Of a DNA stretch of 58,266 nucleotides, positions 1-8,938 are shown piece by piece. How positions within the stretch are numbered: position 1 is the first letter of the stretch; every line of letters starts with the position of its first letter. The DNA lies in IMG/VR virus record IMGVR_UViG_3300042924_001589, positions 1-58,266 of that record; one strand, written 5' to 3'. The notes under the pieces were generated by a model. That model saw only the letters and a program-made list of their open reading frames with translations. It searched no databases and was not told where the DNA came from. The stretch is from a virus (Duplodnaviria; Caudoviricetes). A program made the position numbers and the translations under genes.

Positions 1-127
1 CATCAAAATAGTTCCCCCACCCCGTCTGCGAGAACGGCGAGAACGTACCCTGCGTGGTGTTGCCGTTGCGGGTGATGCTGAAGGCATTGGTAGAGGAGTC
101 TAGGAACGTATTGTTCTGCGCTCCGTT
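1..127. repeat. Terminal direct repeat identical to 58140-58266 (circular assembly overlap)
   Basis: Bases 1-127 match the last 127 bases. The overlap lies inside a CDS whose frame continues across the join, and 127 is a common assembler k-mer. Confidence 0.95.
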
Positions 128-2161
128 CGTGCCGTTACCGGGCAGCAACAGAGTCGTGTAGTCGAAGTACGGATCGGCAGTTAGCGTGACCGTGCCGCCA
201 ATGTTGGGGAACTCTGCCGTTGGGGGCGTGAAGTTGTAAGCGTACCGACCAATACCATTTGACGAGCGGAAGTCGTCAATGTAGCCGTTTAGCGATCCCG
301 TGCTGTCAATGTACTGACCAAGTTGCAACGTCCTGTCGCTGAAGTTGCTGGTGTTTGCCAGCGTACCGACAACCGTACCGTTGACAAAAATCTTAATGAT
401 TCCAGCCGTTCTGGTAACCGCAATGTGATACCAAATGCTTGCTGACAGCGCCAAACCGCAAGTCAGGATTGTGGAGTTGGTATACAGCGCAATCTGGCTG
501 CTGCCGTTTAACAAGCAAGCAAACCCTGTCGTGTTGTTGTTTACCGCACGGGTGTCAAACAGGCAGGCGTTAGACGACGTATTAGCGTAAAACCAGAACT
601 CGTAACAGAAGTCGCCCGTTCCCGGTGCGCGAGTCTGAATCGGGGCTGCTACCAGTCGATCCCCCGTCCCATCAAACGCCATCGACCCCGTGCCGTACTT
701 TTTCACGCTAGTGCTGATCTGGGCATTGCCCACAGTCTCGTAGTCGGCAACAGCAGCGTTGTCGAAGATGGCTCCGTTGGTGAAGTTGGTGAGCAGGGAT
801 GTGTTTGTGATGGCGGTGAGAGGGGCGGTTGGGACTGCGGTGTTAGCCGTTCCCTTAAGAATCCGAATATCCGCAAAGTACCCTTGGAATACTGCGGCAC
901 CCGCATCTGATCCGAGGTTAACGCTTTTGTTAGACGACGTTGGAACAGATGTAGTAGTTCCAAGAGAAACGCCGTTCAGATACAGGGTCGTTGTACTTCC
1001 GCTCTTGACCAAAGCAAAGAATGACCAAGCATTAAGCGGTGCCTTTGTTGAGGATGTAATAACGGGTGAACCATTCAGCAAATAGTACAGTCCGCTGCCG
1101 CCAGTTGAAATATCCGCAATGACAATTTTATCTCCCGCCGACGTTCCTACATAAATAAGTACGTTGTTTCCGGCAGAGTAGGCCGTTGGGTAATACCAAC
1201 CTTGAATCGTCCAATCTCCGCTTGAAAGGTCAAACGCGGAAGAAGTCGTGGTGGTCAGGTAATCCCCACTCCCATCGAAATACCCGCTGCCGCCATTCGT
1301 CGAGGCAGACCAAGCAGCCGTGGGGTTGAACGGGGAGAAGGCTTGGACGGAGGGGGAACCGTTTACGGTAATGGCAAAAGCATTTGTACTGCTATCCGCA
1401 AATCTGCTGGATTGGCAAGTTAAAAGCGAGGTGCCGCTGATGGCCGTGAGTGGGGTAGTGCTGGGCGTGAAGTTGGAGGTGTAGACGGCGGTGCCTTTGA
1501 CGATACGAATATTTGAAATATATCCAATCCATATTTCGCCAGCAGTTGTTGAGCCTGCAATCTTCGGCCCGGTCGTGCCGCCGTCACTTTGCGTTGAAGA
1601 ATTGGTAAATGACCCGCTTGATGTGCCGTTAATGTAATACGTCCAAGTATTTCCGCTTCTTACTAATGCAACGTGATTCCATTGATTAGTGGCAATAGAG
1701 CCGGTTGACGCTCCTGCAAATCCGCCATTTGTGTACACGTTCAGCGTAGTTGCGCCGGACTGACTTAAAAGTGCAAATCCGGTTGAATTTGCGGCAGACG
1801 TACGAATTTCAACAATAGGTCGGGTTCCAGATGTGGATGTGGGATATACCCATCCTTCAACGGTAAAGTCGCCGGTTCCAAAATTAAATGCTGTATTTGC
1901 GACGGTGTTTAAGAACTGCCCGCTTGTCCCATCAAAGTAGTTCCCCCACCCCGTCTGACTAAACGGGCTAAACGAGCCTTGGGTGGTATTGCCGTTGCGC
2001 GTGATGGTGAAGTTGTTGGTAGACGAGTCCAAAAACGTATTGTTCTGGCCGCCATTGGTGCCATCGCCGTGCAGCAGCGAGGTGACCGAATAGAAGTAGG
2101 GGTCTACAGCAGGAGCTGCACCCTGACCACTTCCCAAAAGAAGCTGCTGGCTACCAGACAT
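1..2161 (-). CDS. 5' part of a ~1320-aa multi-LamG (concanavalin A-like) tail fibre/receptor-binding protein; continues across the junction into 58139-56338
   Basis: ATG at 2161 (MSGSQQLLLGSGQGAAPAVDPYFYSVTSLLHGDGTNGGQNNTFLDSSTNN...). 2161 + 1802 nt = 1321 codons, in frame with the 56338..58029 ORF. Repeated FDG.GDYL, GDFT.E.W and W.H.A motifs. Missing from the ORF track because it runs off the end. Confidence 0.85.
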   Translation of the reverse strand, partial: MSGSQQLLLGSGQGAAPAVDPYFYSVTSLLHGDGTNGGQNNTFLDSSTNNFTITRNGNTTQGSFSPFSQTGWGNYFDGTSGQFLNTVANTAFNFGTGDFTVEGWVYPTSTSGTRPIVEIRTSAANSTGFALLSQSGATTLNVYTNGGFAGASTGSIATNQWNHVALVRSGNTWTYYINGTSSGSFTNSSTQSDGGTTGPKIAGSTTAGEIWIGYISNIRIVKGTAVYTSNFTPSTTPLTAISGTSLLTCQSSRFADSSTNAFAITVNGSPSVQAFSPFNPTAAWSASTNGGSGYFDGSGDYLTTTTSSAFDLSSGDWTIQGWYYPTAYSAGNNVLIYVGTSAGDKIVIADISTGGSGLYYLLNGSPVITSSTKAPLNAWSFFALVKSGSTTTLYLNGVSLGTTTSVPTSSNKSVNLGSDAGAAVFQGYFADIRILKGTANTAVPTAPLTAITNTSLLTNFTNGAIFDNAAVADYETVGNAQISTSVKKYGTGSMAFDGTGDRLVAAPIQTRAPGTGDFCYEFWFYANTSSNACLFDTRAVNNNTTGFACLLNGSSQIALYTNSTILTCGLALSASIWYHIAVTRTAGIIKIFVNGTVVGTLANTSNFSDRTLQLGQYIDSTGSLNGYIDDFRSSNGIGRYAYNFTPPTAEFPNIGGTVTLTADPYFDYTTLLLPGNGTNGAQNNTFLDSSTNAFSITRNGNTTQGTFSPFSQTGWGNYFD

Positions 2162-2163
2162 CT

Positions 2164-3315
2164 TTAGCTCACATTTCCAGTGATGACGCAGACCGTGCCT
2201 GAGAGGAATAGTATCGTGGCTACGCCCCTAGTAGCTAGTGTGACGGTGGCTTTGTCACTATCCGTGCCGGCAATGTAGGCAGTGGTAATAGTGCAGGTGA
2301 TCGTGACGTTACCCGAGGTGTTGTTGAACACCGAGACGACATCTCCCGCAGAGAAGGTAGCATCCGGGATCGTAATGGAGCCTGATGCGCCGACACCAAT
2401 GAATTCACCTACGTCGCTAGTAGCGAGGGTGTACGAGGTGGTCTTGTCACTGCCTGATTGCGGGACGTTGCGATAACCCACCTTAAACCCAGTACCGCCT
2501 TCAGCAAAGCCTACCGTGTCAGCGGCGGGGAAGTAGATACCGGTGTTGGTATCGCCAGTCGTGGTAATCGCAGGGGCTGAGTTAGTGCCTGCCTGAACCG
2601 TCGTGACGCCGGTGGCGGAGAGCGTAGTGAACGCACCAGATGAAGCCAAGCTAGAGCCGATAGCGACACCATCGGCAGTGCCGCCGTTAATGTCTGCCGT
2701 GGTAAGGACGGCTGAGTTAAGGGTAACAACGCCTGTTGAGTTCGCAATCGAACCCGCTGCCGTGCCGTCCTTGGCCTTGAGGTTTGTCACCTCTAGATTG
2801 GTAGAATCCACCGTGGTCGCATTGACCGTGGTGATGTTGCCAGTCGTGGCATTCAGCGTGGTGGTTGTGACAGCAGTGTTAGTGAAGCTATCCAGAACCC
2901 GCGTAATAGCTCCTGCGCTGGCTCCTGCGCCATCGGAGTAGATGATGGCACTCTCGCCATTGGCTACCGTAACGGTGGCTCCAGAGGAGCCTTGTTTGAA
3001 CGTCAGGGACTGCCCGCCGGTCGTGGCGTTAATGACCACCCATACCTTCTGCAGATCATCAGGGGCAAATGTGCAAGTACGGGTGGCTGCTAACGAAACC
3101 GAGGTAAACTTGATAACGGCGTGTCGCGCATCGCTAGATGTTGCGTCCGATACCGTTAGGGTGAAGTTAGCGTCGCTGCCGATGTTGTACGTGATGACAC
3201 CGGCAATGGCCTCGTCAATTACATCGGAAAAGTTGTTGTTGGTGCTAGTACCCCAAGTACCGCTTTCATCGCCCGTGGTAATCAGCTTGATACCAAGGTT
3301 GCTATAAGTTGCCAT
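2164..3315 (-). CDS. Tail fibre/structural protein (Thr/Gly/Ser-rich)
   Basis: 383-aa ORF with N-terminal TGDESGTWGTSTN motif typical of fibre-base proteins of this phage group; lies in the tail module. Confidence 0.7.
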   Translation of the reverse strand: MATYSNLGIKLITTGDESGTWGTSTNNNFSDVIDEAIAGVITYNIGSDANFTLTVSDATSSDARHAVIKFTSVSLAATRTCTFAPDDLQKVWVVINATTGGQSLTFKQGSSGATVTVANGESAIIYSDGAGASAGAITRVLDSFTNTAVTTTTLNATTGNITTVNATTVDSTNLEVTNLKAKDGTAAGSIANSTGVVTLNSAVLTTADINGGTADGVAIGSSLASSGAFTTLSATGVTTVQAGTNSAPAITTTGDTNTGIYFPAADTVGFAEGGTGFKVGYRNVPQSGSDKTTSYTLATSDVGEFIGVGASGSITIPDATFSAGDVVSVFNNTSGNVTITCTITTAYIAGTDSDKATVTLATRGVATILFLSGTVCVITGNVS

Positions 3316-3325
3316 TCAATTACCC

Positions 3326-4156
3326 CTATGCAGCAATCTGCGTCCAATTAGGCGACTGGGTGGTTGAGATATTAACCCAATTCGCTGACTGTAAAGTTCC
3401 AATATCTTGCCAAGAAGCGTTCTGTGTGGTGTCCACCAGAGACCAGATGTTGTAGTAGCCAATGATCCCTTGAGCCTGAACTCCGCTCGTCAGAATTACC
3501 TTGCCTTGGCCACTGACAATAACTGACCCTGCGGTAACTGTCGCCTGTACGCCAGTGGCGTATACAGTGAAGCCAAGGGCTATCGAGACGGTGCCAGCAG
3601 AACCAGTGGCAGATACCCCTGTGACATCCAGAATCTGGTCAGTCTGGACATCAACAGATCCGGTAGCGCCTGTTGCTGAAACTCCCGTCTCGGCAACCAG
3701 CGCATTTCCAGTGACAGTGACATTGCCTAGAGCAGTAGTGCCTGCCGCTCCAGTTACCGATACAACCTGCTGAGTCCTGACGGTAACCGAGTTAACAGTG
3801 GCAGTAGCCGAGTTACCCGTTACGGTTACATTAGCTACACCAGAAACAACAACGGTGCCAATAGCAGGGGTTGCCGAAACCCCGGTAACAGATAAGACCT
3901 GATCAGTAAGTACAGAAACGGAGCCAGTCGCGCCAATCGCCTGAACACCCGTAGCGTTAACTACGATATTCGTGACAGCGTCGACAAAAACAGTGCCAAC
4001 CGCCCCAGTACCGGTCACATTGGTGTGGCCTTCACCCCATCCCTGATCCCCCCAGGCTACGCCGGAGGCATTCCAACCCTCAAACGCAATGGTGACATTG
4101 TTGACTGAACCCCAACCGGATTCACCCCAGCCACCTAATCCCCAGCCTGTAGCCAC
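3326..4156 (-). CDS. Virion structural protein with VTGVSAT/G.VG.V beta-repeats
   Basis: 276-aa ORF with a WG repeat N-terminus and Val/Thr/Gly repeats; structural module. Confidence 0.65.
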   Translation of the reverse strand: MATGWGLGGWGESGWGSVNNVTIAFEGWNASGVAWGDQGWGEGHTNVTGTGAVGTVFVDAVTNIVVNATGVQAIGATGSVSVLTDQVLSVTGVSATPAIGTVVVSGVANVTVTGNSATATVNSVTVRTQQVVSVTGAAGTTALGNVTVTGNALVAETGVSATGATGSVDVQTDQILDVTGVSATGSAGTVSIALGFTVYATGVQATVTAGSVIVSGQGKVILTSGVQAQGIIGYYNIWSLVDTTQNASWQDIGTLQSANWVNISTTQSPNWTQIAA

Positions 4157-4167
4157 TGGGTTCCTAA

Positions 4168-4617
4168 TTAAGCGATGCGAATGATCGCGTTAGAAGCGTC
4201 AGCGGTCGGGAACTGAATCGTGAAGTCACCAGCGGTGGAGGTCTTGTCACCACCAAATGCCAGCACAGCCACTGCCTTGTTGGACTGGGTGCTATTGTAA
4301 ATCAACGCTCCATTGGCGGTGATTGTGGCAGTAGTCCAAGTCGTGTCCGCAAAGTCCAAAAACGCGGTCGTGCCGCTCGATGTCGGGACTTGTGAAACGG
4401 TGAGCGTGTTGCCGCCTGTGCTGTAGCCAGTGCCGCTCACTTCGTTCGTGACTGAATATGCCGTGGTCGCCGCATCCAAAGACGCAGACGAGGTGTACAG
4501 CGCAATCTTGAACGTGTCAGCGGTGGTAGAACCGCGAACAACTGAAGTTCCGAACGCATGAATACCGTTGAGGATCTCGACCTTAAAGCTGGTCGCCATT
4601 GCTTGGCTAATTGCCAT
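4168..4617 (-). CDS. Conserved virion/tail structural protein
   Basis: 149 aa with FKIALYTSSASL...GDKTST.GDFTIQFP motifs familiar from uncultured phage tail modules. Confidence 0.65.
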   Translation of the reverse strand: MAISQAMATSFKVEILNGIHAFGTSVVRGSTTADTFKIALYTSSASLDAATTAYSVTNEVSGTGYSTGGNTLTVSQVPTSSGTTAFLDFADTTWTTATITANGALIYNSTQSNKAVAVLAFGGDKTSTAGDFTIQFPTADASNAIIRIA

Positions 4618-4907
4618 TACAGTTCTCCTATGATCTTTGCCAAATCACTATGCCCTTGCAAAGTGAGCTTGGCACAAATGGTCGTGCGTTCGCTTTGCTG
4701 AGCCTCTTTCAAATACTTGACTAGCACTTCCCGGATATATTCCTTGTAGGCTTTTGCCTGCTCCAAGATGGCAGGATGACTTTGATCACCTACATAGATG
4801 ATCTTATCTAAAGCCCTATCTGCAATCTCTTCTGCCGTAAAGCCACGGTTTTGCGTGGTAAAAACATTGACCGGGCCTATCTGCATGCCGCCGCTAAACC
4901 CACTCAT
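4617..4907 (-). CDS. Hypothetical phage protein
   Basis: 96-aa ORF translationally coupled to both neighbours. Confidence 0.7.
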   Translation of the reverse strand: MSGFSGGMQIGPVNVFTTQNRGFTAEEIADRALDKIIYVGDQSHPAILEQAKAYKEYIREVLVKYLKEAQQSERTTICAKLTLQGHSDLAKIIGEL

Positions 4908-5560
4908 GTCACAGGAATCCTAGCCTGCCCACTGCGATAAGCGTCTTGACGCTCCATGCCATCGCCAAGTCTCTTGGCAAGCAGGATTGCTTCCTTGTAC
5001 TTGTTCTCATATTGAGTCTGCAAGTCAGGGTCGCCTTTAAGGTATGTGTAGGCTTCAACTAGGGAGCCATACAGCAATACCGGATCAAAGTTATCGCCAA
5101 GCCAGCTTGTACCCGTATCTACGATCGACGAGGGGTAGAAGAAGTAGTGCAGTTCCATTGTGTAGGCAGCATTCGGGGTGGGGCCTAACAAGAACGTGAG
5201 TTCAGTTGCTTGATCTGAACGAGGGCCGAACAATGCGTAGTACGCAGGGGTGCCAGTGGATGTTGGAGTGGGATAGGACTCGCGAATAAAGTTCACATCT
5301 TTATTCAGAAGATACTCATAGCTTCCATCAGCCAGTATCACCGCCAAAGAATACGGGGCCAAGAAATCATCAGGGCATGCTAAGTACTTATTGCCTGATG
5401 AGGTAGTACCCGTCACATTCTTGCGAAGCGACGGAAACTGTATCATGTTGTAGATACGTTTCTCGGCCTGCTTCACGAAAGTCGGAATGTTTGCAACAAA
5501 CGACGTTTCGGTCGATTGGCAGTACTCTTGGATAGCGGCGCTTAATTGTGCGTAGTTCAT
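4904..5560 (-). CDS. Putative head-tail adaptor / tail tubular-like protein
   Basis: 218 aa with F..QAEKRI, GTP.YYA, GPTP...Y and LLYGSL.EA motifs; position after the capsid genes. Confidence 0.6.
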   Translation of the reverse strand: MNYAQLSAAIQEYCQSTETSFVANIPTFVKQAEKRIYNMIQFPSLRKNVTGTTSSGNKYLACPDDFLAPYSLAVILADGSYEYLLNKDVNFIRESYPTPTSTGTPAYYALFGPRSDQATELTFLLGPTPNAAYTMELHYFFYPSSIVDTGTSWLGDNFDPVLLYGSLVEAYTYLKGDPDLQTQYENKYKEAILLAKRLGDGMERQDAYRSGQARIPVT

Positions 5561-5567
5561 GGTTATC

Positions 5568-5945
5568 TCAAGTTGTACTTACGGTGACAGTGCCTACACC
5601 GCCAGTGGCTACTAGATCGTTTGGCGTAAGACCATTATCCCACGCTCTGGCACCGCCTACAGGGTTCCATCCCCACTGAATCATGCGGCTGCCTCCAGCG
5701 CCATTGGCTCCGACAGCGTAGTAGCTGGTATCTGGGCGAGGGTTTCTAACCGCTTGCGGGTCTTCGATTGGGTACATACCCAGAGACAACTGCGGCTGGT
5801 CGGGTTCCCAGCATTCTTGGCAAACCAGAATGTTGACATTCTGCGTCTTGATGACCAGCTCTTTTAACTCGCTGAGTTTGTATTGAAACCCACAGCGATC
5901 GCATTCGGCTATCGAATGCCTGCCTGATGCAAAAGGCACCGGCAT
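5568..5945 (-). CDS. Conserved Zn-finger (CxxC...CxxC) morphogenesis protein
   Basis: CDRCG...VCQECWEPDQPQL motif. Confidence 0.65.
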   Translation of the reverse strand: MPVPFASGRHSIAECDRCGFQYKLSELKELVIKTQNVNILVCQECWEPDQPQLSLGMYPIEDPQAVRNPRPDTSYYAVGANGAGGSRMIQWGWNPVGGARAWDNGLTPNDLVATGGVGTVTVSTT

Positions 5946-5948
5946 GGC

Positions 5949-6659
5949 TTAGCCCGTCAAGAACTGTTGTCGAGGAACGAAACGCACCGCAGCCTTTTCA
6001 CGATCCTCGCCAGCTGCAAGTTCCCAGCTCTCATCGTACATAGCTTTTAATGCGACCATACGATCCGGTGCGATCTTCACTGACAAGAAATACGACAACC
6101 CTGCTACCAAGCAAGGCAAGAATCTGAATGGCACGTCCTGATTGGTCACGCCAGTGCCTGCATCTAGCATGCGGCGCAAGCGCCAGTACACGAAAGTATA
6201 AGTCTGGCTGTTATCAGGGACTGGCCACACCGTGAAGGTGGGGTATTGCACCACACTCGCGGAGTTAGTCTGTCCTGACTTGCGATCAATCCAAACTTGA
6301 ATAGGACGTCCTTGGGCAGTCTTGTTTGGGATAGACGCGAAGGTACTGACAGAGATTCTCGTGATGTCGATGTCAGTTTGGTTCTGCCCAGTGCCAGTGC
6401 GAATCACATGCTCTAGCAAATCGACCGTGTCAACGGGCAGATTGTAAGTGGCAGTGCCGGGCGTCAGCACTTGGCTGCCTTGCTCTACCGTCCAGAGATT
6501 CACTCCCCGATTAGCCCATTCCATTAGCATCAGATTCAGGCTACGCCGCGCAGTCCGCAGGTCGTAGCCCGATCTGAGTTCAGCGCCACAACGCTCAAAC
6601 GCCTCTTCAACAATAGCGTTGAGGTCGAGATTGAACGTCGATGTTGCGCTAGTGGTCAT
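5949..6659 (-). CDS. Putative head-tail connector protein
   Basis: 236 aa with EEAFERCG...ARRSLNL...WANRG.NLW and WPVPD motifs. Confidence 0.6.
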   Translation of the reverse strand: MTTSATSTFNLDLNAIVEEAFERCGAELRSGYDLRTARRSLNLMLMEWANRGVNLWTVEQGSQVLTPGTATYNLPVDTVDLLEHVIRTGTGQNQTDIDITRISVSTFASIPNKTAQGRPIQVWIDRKSGQTNSASVVQYPTFTVWPVPDNSQTYTFVYWRLRRMLDAGTGVTNQDVPFRFLPCLVAGLSYFLSVKIAPDRMVALKAMYDESWELAAGEDREKAAVRFVPRQQFLTG

Positions 6660-7144
6660 TAGCAGCTCTTACCTTTCATCTTGCGCTTGACCATCTTGGC
6701 CTTGGCTTTTTTCTTAAACTTAACTTTACCGCCGCGTTTCATGCCAGTTTCTTCAACGGTAATAACGCCCTTCTTATCAGGTAATCCGCTAGTCGGCATA
6801 CCGCGAGCCATAGCGCCACCAGAACCGATGCCCATGCCACCGCCACTACCGGTGTTTCTAACATTAGGGCCTTTCGTCTTACTTTCATAAAAACGAAGAT
6901 GCTGCTTGGCAGCTGAAGCAGCTTCATACTGCTTTGCTTTTTCTCGCATAGCAGCCCGGGCTGCATCGCTCAAAGGCTGATCTTTCACGTTCGGAGTTAC
7001 CATTCTAAACTTATCGTTAGCCCAAGAATTAGTTGGCTTATACCCACTAATTCCTGTGCCTTGAGCATAGCCCTTGAGCTTACCCGGAATCTTTTTCCCC
7101 TTGGCTTTCTTGGTAACCGCACCCATACCACGACAATTCATCAT
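6659..7144 (-). CDS. Lys-rich basic protein with MKRGGKV motif
   Basis: 161-aa ORF with an upstream AGGAG RBS; coupled to the downstream gene. Confidence 0.65.
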   Translation of the reverse strand: MMNCRGMGAVTKKAKGKKIPGKLKGYAQGTGISGYKPTNSWANDKFRMVTPNVKDQPLSDAARAAMREKAKQYEAASAAKQHLRFYESKTKGPNVRNTGSGGGMGIGSGGAMARGMPTSGLPDKKGVITVEETGMKRGGKVKFKKKAKAKMVKRKMKGKSC

Positions 7145-7153
7145 TTCAATCTC

Positions 7154-7576
7154 CTATTTACCTTGATTGTAGAACTTACGGCGGGCTTCCCGCATCTTGC
7201 GAGTCATCTCGGCATCCTTGACCTCTTGCATGGCCTGCCGCTCTTTCTCGCTGTACTTAGGAGCATCCATAATAAATCGACCGGCATTGCGCATTCCGGC
7301 ACCCGGCTTGCGCGGGTCTTCCATCATGTCGCCAAATCGACGATCTACCGAGTCCTTGTACATGGTAATGCCCTTGCCGCCATACTTACGCTGCATGGCG
7401 CCACGGGCTTCAGACAACGCAATGGCAACAGCCTGATCACGGCTCTTGACCTTCTGGCCAGAACCCGACTTCAGCTTGCCACGCTTAAACTCACCCATTA
7501 CTTTCTCAACCTTCTTCTTCGCCTTGGGCGAAGCAGGGGCTTTCATAATCTCTTGTTTCATATTCCCTCTGTTCAT
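7154..7576 (-). CDS. DUF6496-like basic protein
   Basis: KVEKVMGEFKRGKLKSGSGQKVKSRDQAVAIALSEAR matches the DUF6496 pattern. Confidence 0.7.
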   Translation of the reverse strand: MNRGNMKQEIMKAPASPKAKKKVEKVMGEFKRGKLKSGSGQKVKSRDQAVAIALSEARGAMQRKYGGKGITMYKDSVDRRFGDMMEDPRKPGAGMRNAGRFIMDAPKYSEKERQAMQEVKDAEMTRKMREARRKFYNQGK

Positions 7577-7582
7577 GGGAGC

Positions 7583-7942
7583 TTACCCCTTACGAAATCG
7601 AGAGCCGCCCGGAGGCGACGCTTTACTGCCGCCAGAACCCGCCCATAAAACTTTTCTTGCCCAGTAGTTGGCTGAGAAGGGATCGCTGGCGGTGTTGCGT
7701 CCACCTTTGCCTTTGATCCCCGCGCTGCGCGCAAGATAATTTTTCCGCGCTTCCGGCGAGTAGTTGTGGCCATAGCCTCTCCGTCCAAAACGAACCAGTT
7801 TAACTTTGTCGCCCTTCTTGGCTAACACCACCTTCTTGTGGGTATCACCAGCCGGGGCGTTCTTGGGCTTATTAAACCCCGAGAACTTTTCACCGCGATA
7901 TTCGACGCCGCCAGACGGCAGTCGTTTTACGCCCTTCACCAT
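7583..7942 (-). CDS. Small basic phage protein
   Basis: 119 aa with KKVVLAKKGDKVKLVRFG...YLAR...SANYWARK, a recurrent phage family. Confidence 0.7.
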   Translation of the reverse strand: MVKGVKRLPSGGVEYRGEKFSGFNKPKNAPAGDTHKKVVLAKKGDKVKLVRFGRRGYGHNYSPEARKNYLARSAGIKGKGGRNTASDPFSANYWARKVLWAGSGGSKASPPGGSRFRKG

Positions 7943-8343
7943 TAGGTGTACTTCTTGCTCAAGTACAGGATGATCGTGTATCGATCACCAGAGGCCGCGC
8001 CAATGGTGCTAAACAAAACGTCTCCCGTCTTGCCGGCACCAGAGTTATTCCAGAGACCGCCGATATCATCGAACTGATACTCATAGAACTGATCGGGGCC
8101 GAGCGTCATTGCCACCACATCGGTCGTGGCATCCCACAGGATGTCCACACCCATGCCAACCGTGGAGGCGTAGATACGGTCGATTGACACCGTGCTGCAC
8201 ACCTTACCGGCAGGCGCAGCAAGAGCCGATACGTCGACCTTCACAACACCGGTCTCGCCGGTGCCATCGCTAATGTTCGTGAATTTAAGAATAGCAACGC
8301 GATCTCCATCGATCAGCGTTTGACTTGCTACTGCATCTGCCAT
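7942..8343 (-). CDS. Conserved virion protein
   Basis: 133 aa with KFTNISDGTGE..V.KVDVSAL motif; GGAG RBS. Confidence 0.7.
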   Translation of the reverse strand: MADAVASQTLIDGDRVAILKFTNISDGTGETGVVKVDVSALAAPAGKVCSTVSIDRIYASTVGMGVDILWDATTDVVAMTLGPDQFYEYQFDDIGGLWNNSGAGKTGDVLFSTIGAASGDRYTIILYLSKKYT

Positions 8344-8361
8344 GTATGTCTCCGAAGGATA

Positions 8362-8381
8362 GCGGGGAGAACTCTCCCCGC
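8362..8381. other. Intergenic GC-rich hairpin
   Basis: GCGGGGAG-AACT-CTCCCCGC between two late genes; no U-tract. Confidence 0.5.
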
Positions 8382-8409
8382 ATACCTAAAGGCTAATTTA
8401 GTGACTTTA

Positions 8410-8811
8410 TTAGGCGGCAACAGCGCCGTTCAAAGCCACAATGCTCCAACCAACTGACGTGTAGATCAGCATCGCACTTTCGCCCACACCCGTGAACGTG
8501 ATCGTGCTGAAGCCAATCTTCGTGGTCGGCGTAAGAACCGCCGAACCGCCATCAACGGTGTGGACAATAATCTTAACTTCACCCACAGAACCATTAGCCA
8601 ACGTCAGGGCTTGCGCAGCACCCGTCGTGGTGAGAGAAGTGAATGCATTGACGATATCTACCGCACCAGCGCCAGAGAGCGACTGGGTGCCAAGAATAAC
8701 GTCCTTGCCAAAAGAAGAATTAACAGTTACGGCACCAGTGCTGCCATCAACAGTGACGCTCTGAAAGCCATTTTCTGATCTAACCGGGCCATTAAAAGTT
8801 GTGCTAGCCAT
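8410..8811 (-). CDS. Putative head decoration/minor capsid protein
   Basis: MASTTFNGPVRSENGF N-terminus; first gene downstream of the major capsid gene. Confidence 0.6.
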   Translation of the reverse strand: MASTTFNGPVRSENGFQSVTVDGSTGAVTVNSSFGKDVILGTQSLSGAGAVDIVNAFTSLTTTGAAQALTLANGSVGEVKIIVHTVDGGSAVLTPTTKIGFSTITFTGVGESAMLIYTSVGWSIVALNGAVAA

Positions 8812-8820
8812 TTAATCTTT

Positions 8821-8894
8821 CCTCACATGCGAGATACCCATATCCGTCTGCATGTCGTCAGCCTAGTCTGTCTGATATGGGAGGTAAACCTAGG
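8821..8894 (-). ncRNA. Structured RNA element downstream of the capsid gene, probably the Mu-gpT-DE motif
   Basis: Minus-strand pairings CCTAG/CTAGG, CCCATATC/GATATGGG and ACATGC/GCATGT are interleaved (pseudoknotted). Location directly after a Mu-gpT-like capsid gene fits the described motif. Confidence 0.55.
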
Positions 8895-8896
8895 AT

Positions 8897-8927
8897 AAAG
8901 AAAAAGAGGGGGTCTTGCGACCCCCTC
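8897..8927 (-). terminator. Rho-independent terminator after the major capsid gene
   Basis: GAGGGGGTC-GCAA-GACCCCCTC followed by TTTTTCTTT on the minus strand. Confidence 0.85.
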
Positions 8928-8938
8928 CTATTTGCTTC

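Noticed and set aside
1-127. 127-bp terminal repeat as a biological direct terminal repeat
   Set aside because: It lies mid-CDS, the frame reads through the join, and the length equals a common assembler k-mer; best explained as circular overlap.
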